Below are positions 54,946 to 64,000 of a stretch of 64,000 bases of DNA, piece after piece. The stretch comes from Eledone cirrhosa (taxonomy: Eukaryota). How positions within the stretch are numbered: position 1 is the first letter of the stretch; each line of letters opens with the position of its first letter. A program made the translations under genes and the position numbers. Below the pieces are notes generated by a model, which ran no database searches, was not told the DNA's origin, and was given only the letters and a program-made list of their open reading frames with translations. The stretch is from contig OZ024741.1 in assembly GCA_964016885.1 (NCBI GenBank), forward strand, positions 31,062,001-31,126,000, in the 5' to 3' direction.

Positions 54946-55533
54946 TATCAAATAGAGTGAGATGATTTTTATAGTAGAACAGTCGTTATGTGCTGGGGGA
55001 AGGGGTTTGCTGAAGTGGGTCCTAAAAATGGGAGAGAAAAGTGCAAAAGGTGGAAGGTGAAAAATTTAAAAATAAAATTAATTGTAAATAGGTTCCAATT
55101 CACAAAGAGTTAATATAATTTGTAAAGTATTCTGAGAGAATTTAATTTTGTATTGCTGTCGGTAGAAAGTTCAGATGAAATTTTATTAAATTAGAAGGCT
55201 TCCTATTTACTTATTTTACAGAAACCCTGCATTTCATTTGAATAAATTCTTCAAACTATTTTTGTAGTGGCATGTTGGTCTGTTATCACTAACTATTCTT
55301 TTGTGTTTATTTTGATAATTATAACAGTACATAGACCATGTACACAGCACACACACATGTTTCATTGCAATAAAATCATGAATAACTCCCTCAGGATTTC
55401 ATACGAATAACATAGACAAGTCTTGTAGAAGTCATTTCTATATAAATAATATGCTTCTTCTCCACTAACATATTGAGTTCCTTATTTAAATATGGTTATC
55501 TCCTGATACCCTTCGAGTTATCACTCTTAATAA

Positions 55534-55624
<91 letters not shown>

Positions 55625-55786
55625 TTCTCCAGTCTCCTGCTTAAGAAGGAAGATGAAAAAAACTTACCTCTTAATTTTAAATCTTTAGTTTTTAATTCTT
55701 ATTAATTATTTTTAATTGTAATACTCAACATTTGTAAGATGAATTTTAATAATACAAAGAAACCAGTAATACTTTATAACTATCTA

Positions 55787-56502
55787 TCTATATACTACTA
55801 AAACTCTGATCTTGATTGCTTGCTTGCTTGCTTGCACACACTTTCTCTCTATATATATGTTCATATTTGTGTATATACAGGTTGTCCCCCCAAAAAAAAT
55901 GTATACCCACTTTCATTGCCTATACATGCATTATTTGTTAGGATGGTGTATACATTTTTAGGGACCCCGGTATTATTATATATATATATATATATAGTGT
56001 CCCCGAAAAAGGTATACACACTTTGATTACCTGTACAGGCAATATATATATTAGAATGGTGTAGACAGTTTTAGGGACCCCGGTATATATATATATATGG
56101 TGTCCCCGAAAAATGTATACACACTTTGATTACATTTTTAGGGACACCGGTATATATATATATATATATATATATATGGTGTCACGGAAAAATGTATTCA
56201 CACTTTCATTACCTGTACTAGACTACTAAAACTCTGATCTTGATTGCTTGCTTGCTTGCTTGCACACACTTTCTCTCTATATATATATGTTCATATTTGT
56301 GTATATACAGGTTGTCCCCCCAAAAATGTATACCCACTTTGATTGCCTATACATGCATTATTTGTTAGGTTGGTGTATACATTTTTAGGGACCCCTGTAT
56401 TATTATATATATATAGTGTGTCCCCGAAAAATGTATACACACTTTGATTACCTGTACAGGGAATATATATATTAGAATGGTGTATATATTTTTAGGGACC
56501 CC

Positions 56503-56541
<39 letters not shown>

Positions 56542-56933
56542 TGTCCCCGAAAAATGTATACACACTTTGATTACCTGTACAGGCAATATATATATTAGAA
56601 TGGTGTATACATTTTTAGGGACCCCGGTATATATATATATATATATGGTGTCCCCGAAAAATGTATACTCACTTTGATTACCTGTACAGGCAATATATAT
56701 ATTTGAATGGTGTATACATTTTTAGGGACCCCGGTATATATATATATATGGTGTCCCCGAAAAATGTATACACACTTTGATTACCTGTACAGGCAATATA
56801 TATATTAGAATGGTGTATACATTTTTAGGGACACCGGTATATATATATATATATGGTGTCCCGGAAAAATGTATACACACTTTGATTACCTGTACTAGAC
56901 TACTCGTGACCCAACGGGTCACGAGTAGTCTAG
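55787..56933 (+). mobile_element. Non-autonomous Helitron-like element (partial dimer) carrying an array of MITE-like units
   Basis: A|TCTATATACTACTAAAA + (TTGC)n at the 5' end, repeated at ~56222; 3' hairpin and CTAG|T; internal ~90-110-bp units with inverted ends. Confidence 0.75.
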
Positions 56934-57581
56934 TACGTGTAGTCTAGGACGTGCGTGCATATATATATATATATTTGTGTGTCTTTGCCCGAGAACTGAC
57001 ATCTCTAGCAATGTGTACATTTTGGAGATTAAACCCACATTTTGGTATATTGATCTCAAGGTTTAAACTAAACATATAGTCATTATTAAACAATGTTTAA
57101 TTTCTCATATTATATATATAAGTCCCATTCATGAATATTAATATTTATATTTTTATTATTCATTTCATATGAATTGTTAACTCAACTTAACATGACATGA
57201 CGTAAAGTTTTCATAATCTCCCTCTCTCTCTATATATAACATTTCTCTCTCTTGAGTTTTTCCATCTGTCTGTTGACTTAATATCTCTCTGTTGCTTTCC
57301 TCTGTTTTTCTTATTTCTTCCTTTTTTCTTCTTTCTTCCTTTCCTCCTGTCTTTACTTATCTCTTTCTTTTCTTCTCCATGCATCTCTCTCTCTCCGATA
57401 CTTCTCGACGTTTTTTCTTTCTCTCCGTCTTTTTCTTTCTCTCCGTCTTTTTCTAATTGTCCTTACCACTATGACTTATTAAAGTAATATAAACAAATCA
57501 CTATCCGGATGACTTCCAAAAACAATGGTTGCATTTTAATAGGGTACGTCAAAGCTTATCTGTAAAACTGTTATATATTGT

Positions 57582-57644
57582 ATTTTGTCTGATGAAGGCA
57601 TACCATAATTTAATTTGGTATCCCTGAAATATGTATAATGAAAT
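57582..57644 (+). ncRNA. Type I hammerhead, canonical core
   Basis: ATTTTGT-CTGATGA(57589)-AGGcATACCA..TGGTATcCCT-GAAA-T-ATGT-A-TA-ATGAAAT. Confidence 0.75.
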
Positions 57645-57773
57645 AAATATGGTTTTATAAATATAGTTCCATTTATTAATATCGTATATCTACTCCAAAT
57701 ACTTGTCGAGTGGTTTATATCAGTTATAAAAATATTTACTTGTTGTATCCCAACAATTTGAAATAGAACTTTT

Positions 57774-57829
<56 letters not shown>

Positions 57830-60499
57830 TTATATATATTGAGAGTCAGGACACCGACGGCTTAGCTCCGGCCGTTTCGACAGCTAGAACCGAACTGAGT
57901 TCGAATCTAGCTGTCAGAGCGACCGGAGCTCACCCGTCGGGGTCCTCTCTACTACCCTAAGTAATGAGTTCTCTGGTGCGTTATGGTCCACCTGGTATTG
58001 TACAAAACCCTATTTGTATATATTCATATATATATATATATGTATGAATATGAGAGAGAGAGTAAGAGTTATTAGTGGTACTGTCAGTTTATGTAGATAG
58101 GTTGCGATTTTACAACTCAATAGAATTTTGCTAACTAATCACAACTACATTTCCTTCAAGGTTTTGGGCACTTCGTATTGATTCTTAAATCTCTCAAGCG
58201 ATAAGCTTCATCAGGCCGGTACCCAGCCTGCTTTCGTGGCGTGAACCGACTGAGAATAGAATACTTTCTCTGGACATGATGCCAGTCCATCGCAGGGTTA
58301 ACACCTCACACCAGCTATTGCTGGTACTCATTTTCAGCTGAGTATACTGGAGGTAAGTGAAATGAAGTGTTTTACTAACGACCATAACACGCAACCCAGC
58401 CCAGCTGTCGAACCCACAAAGTTATGTTCATCAGTCCAACACCCTTAACATTAAGCCTCGCGCCTCCGCGTATTGATTCCTAGTCATTCATATTTCCAGA
58501 ATAGAGAAGATGGGAACATTGGTAAAGACTTCATATAGTTAATAGTTGATATGATCAAAATAGTGTATCCTCTTAATTAATACTTATGAAGCCCTTGAAA
58601 TAGTTTTCATATCTCAGGGAGCCCCTTCATAAAAAGTATTATAAACCATTATTAATATCTATCTATTTTATATTTATCATCCAGACATTTGTTTCAAAAC
58701 TTCTCCATTGTTACCTGTTTGTCCAAAAGGAGTTCATTTTTTTCTTTATCCGGACTTTGGAGTCTTTAAATATTACCATACTTAGTTTTATCTTCAATAT
58801 GTACTCACCATTAAAATCTCTCGTGTCCTACACTCTATAATACAAATCCATTCGGAATATGTTAATGCTGTTAGAAACACTTATAGGGAATTTATGGTTC
58901 AAATTCTTGTTTTATTCATTTAATTATAATTTCCAATATATACTCCACGTGACTAACTCGGTAGTAGCTTTTCCCTTGTATTAATCCTTAGCACATGTAT
59001 CGCCATAAGATAGACTGTCACTATTCTTACTGTTTCTTCATTGGAGAGATTTAATAGTTCCCCTTTTACTCTGTGATATTTAATACAGTTTATAGAAATT
59101 ATTTTTCTCTGTACGCAAGGAGACCAGCACTTCAAAGATCAATGTTTATTTTCATGCATCTTTCTTATTACAATGAATAATGTCCATGAAATAATTCATA
59201 TTTCCCAAACAACCGTTTCCATACATCTTGTATATTTACTCAGCCTTCGATGTGTTTTCAAGTCATTGAATACAAGTCGTAACTAATCTTGCAGCCTAAT
59301 GTCTTCCAAAAGCAGTTCCACATTATTCTTTACGTGCTTTCCCATTTTACATATAGAGCTTTTCATTTTTATGTCTAGATAGCTTTATATATTTTATTCT
59401 TAATAGCTTTCCATATCTTCCTTTCCGAATATCTAATACTCTCCCTTTTTTATTTAAGTATGTATAACAACAACCTTTTTATGATCAATGCTTTTCTAGT
59501 TTCCCCATCAAAATTAATATTCTTTTTCATATGCCTCTGTTTATGTTACAATTATGGTTGAAATTTATATGATCATATGCCCGCTCACCCACAGTTAGCT
59601 TGTGAGTAAATTATAATAAACATAACATGACTCATATCACCGATTTCTCCATGTGATAAACTGTAAATCCCCACGGTTAGCCATTCTGCTCTATTGTCTG
59701 GATAAATCATTAAACATTCCTCTTCATTTACTCGCTGTTAAAGATCAAATGCACGAAACATCGGGGTTTTCAACTTGTGAGATCATAGTGGCATATTTCT
59801 CGCAAAACAATCACCACCACCTTAATAAAAATAGAAACTTAAAACAGTCATACAAAATGACAGGAAGATTAAAACTGAACTGGAATACTTTCGCTTATCG
59901 TTTAATCAATCAGTAACATATATAAATAGAGACCAAAACACAAGCTAACAAATCTATAAATAGTTTACAGAAATACAGAAAAAGAGTGGAAAGAAGAAGG
60001 AAAGTATTTAGGGAGAGTGCATAGAAGAGAATACACACAGGTACACACATTCATACACACATGCACTCACAAACAAAAGCGCAGAATCGTACTCAATAAG
60101 AAGATACAGGTAGTAAATTGCTTCGTAAACGAACTACTGTGTATCTTAGTAATGTCCAGTTGTGAATCTATAATATCCATCATACTGAAATATAGAAACA
60201 TTGTAAATATCTGGAAACTGAAAATAATATTATGTTTATTACGAAGCATATATGTATATATATAGAAAGAGGGGTGGATAGGTGTAATCCCAACACAAGC
60301 CGAAACCGCTTGGCACCGCTGACTGTATTATATCTAGCGTTATATCCACTCTGCATTTCCCCATGCTTTAAGTGCTCTCACGATTTGTGGTCTCCTCGGT
60401 CTCAGAACCGCTGACTATATACAAATATACATATATTGTATTCTCGAATTTTTTTGATGTTAGCAGACGACTCTGTTGGTCCGCTCATCGTGTTTGAAG

Positions 60500-61000
60500 G
60501 CTGGCCATTGTTTACGTTTCATAAAAAGTAGTGTCTTGTAGGAGAGAGGATATAGAATTGCTATAGTGTTCAACATTCATAATGATGACAGATCTTCCTT
60601 TAGTTATGAGGTCTTGATTGTTCTTCAATTCGTAGATAATTTCCCATTCATTTCGGTTATTTGGGGATTTACGTTTAGCGTGTGGTGGTTTATTGCATGG
60701 GAAAGCTAATGTGCGGTCATACAATTTTCCAAGGTTTTATTCCTACCATGTGTACGTTTGTAGTTGCATTTATTCCACACAATTGACTCTCATTCTCCAC
60801 CCTCTCTCTCTCCAACTCGCACTCTCATTTTTCTCGTCAACAAATTCTTCTGTTAGGCGTGATTTTCTGTAGAAGTATGAAATATCGACAGCTATCTCAT
60901 TGAGGTAGGTGTATTGTGGTGTTGAATTTAATTTTAATCCCTTTGAGAGGGTTTTGATTAGTTACTATAATAGGAATATATTCGATAGAGTGATTTTGTT
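60500..61000 (-). pseudogene. PLE ORF N-terminal fragment related to the 2783-8320 element
   Basis: ELKNNQDLITKGRSVIIMNVEHY and LSKGLK; collinear with ~5790-6230. Confidence 0.65.
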
Positions 61001-61250
61001 TTGTTGACACTCGATTTTTGGCGCGAAATCACTAAAACATTCAATGCCTAATCACCTGATCTTCCTCAACCAATCAAATTCTACTTCACACATATAGCGA
61101 TCTGAGCCACATTTTTTGCATAAAGCTGCAAGAAAAACCTTAACATCAGTTAGATGCGAGTTCACAAATCGGCATGGCCAATATTTCTGATGATTTCATA
61201 CGAATGAAACAGTTCTACTCTTGCAGAAGCCATTTATATATGAAAGATTG

Positions 61251-61305
<55 letters not shown>

Positions 61306-61472
61306 ACCCCCACGGCTGAGCTCCGGCTGTCTCGACAGTCCGGATCTAGCTGTCGAAACGGCCGGAGCACAGCCATCGGGATCCTGAATCATTTCATATG
61401 ACCCACTCTACTTTCCCAAGTATCGAGTTCTCTGGTGGGTTATGGTCCGCCTGGTATTTTACAACACCCTGA

Positions 61473-61650
61473 GCAAACATCACGGGCGCTCTATCTCAAA
61501 ATTATTTTTGAAAACCATTAGAAATGCGCAAGCGGTAAAACTTAAAACTAAAACTGAATACTAACCAATACTTATAACTAATTTTACTTATTCCTAATTA
61601 AACTATTTTTCACTGGTAACAATTTGTCAGCATTTTCTTTTTCTTTTACT
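61473..61650 (+). mobile_element. Solo 3' pLTR fragment of the 2783-8320 family
   Basis: Reverse complement of ~2783-2965. Confidence 0.85.
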
Positions 61651-61794
<144 letters not shown>

Positions 61795-61938
61795 TGTGTG
61801 TGTGTGTATATATATATCAATATGCATGTATATATATATAAATATTTATTTATGTAAAAAGTAAACAGAACTAACAACACAATAGGTCAGTATATGGAAA
61901 GGATATATTAGTTTAACACTTGATATAGCAGGCAGAGG

Positions 61939-61975
61939 ATCTTATCGTTTCGGACGCTAGTCCTTCATCAGAAGA
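61939..61975 (-). ncRNA. Minimal hammerhead in pLTR fragment 61860-62160
   Basis: Minus: TCTT-CTGATGA-aGGAC tagc GTCC-GAAA-cg-at-AAGA. Confidence 0.65.
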
Positions 61976-62158
61976 AAGAATGAGAAATAAGATAGATTGA
62001 GGGAACACGCGGTACGGAATTGGAAAAGATGTCTTTAGATAAAAATAACAGGTCCATTCATGTTGACATCTCTTGCAAATCTGTTGGTGTTAGCATTTTG
62101 TGTATGATTTATTTTTTAGAAAACTGGATGATGGAGCGCGTCTACCCGAAATAGAAAG

Positions 62159-62258
<100 letters not shown>

Positions 62259-62434
62259 CATATTCCCAAATATACTATACATACATTCATGTAAACATAG
62301 GTATTTCAGAGCACCAATCATAATACCTAATTTTTGCTGGACGGCAATCGCTCAGTATAATCAGCTCCAGATGATTAATGGAAGTTTATAAGAATCCACC
62401 TTCTATAATTTTCGGGGCGAAGGCAGAAGTGTAC

Positions 62435-62479
62435 GTGGCTCTGATGATCGCCAACAGCGTGAAACAGACTGTCAGCTGC
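62435..62479 (+). ncRNA. Type I hammerhead, canonical core, GUC site
   Basis: GTGGCT-CTGATGA(62441)-tCGC caaca GCGt-GAAA-CAG a CTG-TC-AGCTGC. Confidence 0.8.
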
Positions 62480-63094
62480 ACTCCCTTCTTCCGAGGAAAA
62501 GAAGTAAGTGACATAGTCACTACTTTAAAACTGATAGCGTATATATATATGTGCATGCAAAAAACCAGAGACTCATATGTACACAAGGGATACATTTAAA
62601 CATTTCATCACTCAATCAATGTGATTATAAATCTGTCGTTTCTACTACGTGTATAAATGACAATGAACATATAATATTTCTATATGTATCATCTTAAAAT
62701 TGTATAACTAAGAAATAAAGCTCCAATATAAACATAACTGCAAGGCACAGTTATTTAACTTGAGTTTCGGACATTATCAAATCATCGTCAGCTTTCAGTG
62801 AGAGATTGAATGACTAGATAGTGCGTGTTGCTAAACTTGCTCAGTATCTACACTGGCCGGCATTTATAGATATTTACTTATTGTGGAGGTGCATGGCCTG
62901 GTGTCTACAGCGTTGGACTTGCAATCGGGATATTGTGGGTTTTATTTCTGGATCGAATAATGCGTTGTGTTCTTGAGCAAGACACTTTGTTTCATGTTCC
63001 TCCAGTTTACTCAGCTGTAGGAATGAGTTGCCACGTCAATAGTGCCAATCAGTATCGGCCATGGTATTTCCCTTGAACAATATCAATGGCGTGC

Positions 63095-64000
63095 TGAGGA
63101 GAGACTGGCATGTATGGGAGACTGGTGAGAGGCGTGGTGAGGAGATAGTGGTATGTATGGGAGACTGGTGAGTGGAGTGGAGAGGAGATAGTGGTATGTA
63201 TGGGAGACTGGTGAGTGGAGTGGAGAGGAGATAGTGGTATGTATGGGAGACTGGTGAGTGGAGTGGAGAGGAGAGACTGGCATGTATGGGAGACTGGTGA
63301 GTGGAGTGGAGAGGAGAGACTGGCATGTATGGGAGACTGGTGAGTGGAGTGGAGAGGAGAGACTGGTATGTATGGGAGACTGGTGAGTGGAGTGGAGAGG
63401 AGAGACTGGCATGTATGGGAGACTGGTGAGTGGAGTGGAGAGGAGAGACTGGTATGTATGGGAGACTGGTGAGTGGCGTGGTGAGGAGAGACTGGCATGT
63501 ATGGGAGACTGGTGAGTGGCGTGGAGAGGAGAGACTGGCATGTATGGGAGATTGGTGAGTGGAGTGGAGAGGAGAGACTGGCATGTATGGGAGACTGGTG
63601 AGTGGTGTGGTGAGGAGATACTGGCATCTATGGGTGACTGGTGAGTGGCGTGGTGAGGAGAGACTGGTTTGTATGGGAGACTGGTGAGTGGAGTGGAGAG
63701 GAGAGACTGGCTTGTATGGGAGACTGGTGAGTGGCATGTATGGGAGAGGAGAGACTGGTTTGTATGGGAGAATGGTGAGTGGAGTGGAGAGGAGAGACTG
63801 GCATGTATGGGAGACTGGTGAGTGGCGTGGTGAGGAGAGACTGGTTTGTATGGGAGACTGGTGAGTGGAGTGGAGAGGAGAGACTGGCTTGTATGGGAGA
63901 CTGGTGAGTGGCATGTATGGGAGAGGAGAGACTGGATTGTATGGGAGACTGGTGAGTGGAGTGGAGAGGAGAGACTGGTTTGTATGGGAGACTGGTGAGT
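63095..64000. repeat. 43-bp G/purine-rich minisatellite running off the window end
   Basis: Unit ggagactggtgagtggagtggagaggagagactggcatgtatg; the 43-aa periodicity of the ORF-track translations agrees. Confidence 0.97.

Noticed and set aside
58500-59560. Possible decayed coding sequence on the minus strand
   Set aside because: No recognisable motif and many stops; cannot be assigned without a search.
62755-62797. Minus-strand CTGACGA..GAAA motif
   Set aside because: Stems I and II do not pair.
63036-63914. 292-aa Ser/Pro/His-rich ORF
   Set aside because: Arises from the 43-bp minisatellite; open in several frames with no codon-level signal.

Overview
AT-rich eukaryotic (metazoan) DNA made almost entirely of repeats. 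The SINE families, the (TA)n/(TG)n density and the retroelement mix point to a cephalopod, probably Octopus (inference). There is no convincing host gene, only three speculative minus-strand micro-exons, and nearly all ORF-track entries are microsatellite translations. Main contents: (1) a degenerate full-length Neptune-type Penelope-like element (PLE; RT + GIY-YIG, direct pLTRs) at 2783-8320, two Naiad-like PLE derivatives with inverted ends, and other PLE fragments. (2) Roughly 20 hammerhead ribozyme (HHR) motifs from about ten unrelated sequence families. Many sit in short fold-back (palindromic) inserts within (TA)n, with the turning point at the ribozyme core; several carry non-canonical cores (U3-A8, C13, A4/C4) or a stem II expanded to about 80-115 nt. 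(3) A 14.5-kb head-to-tail stack of four Tx1/L1-clade LINEs with every junction in (GATA)n. (4) Two non-autonomous Helitrons carrying internal tandem arrays, one of them built from Tc1/mariner-like MITE units. (5) tRNA-derived SINEs, RTE and R4/Dong LINE remnants, and mini- and microsatellites. All structures were read by eye; coordinates of degenerate repeats are approximate.
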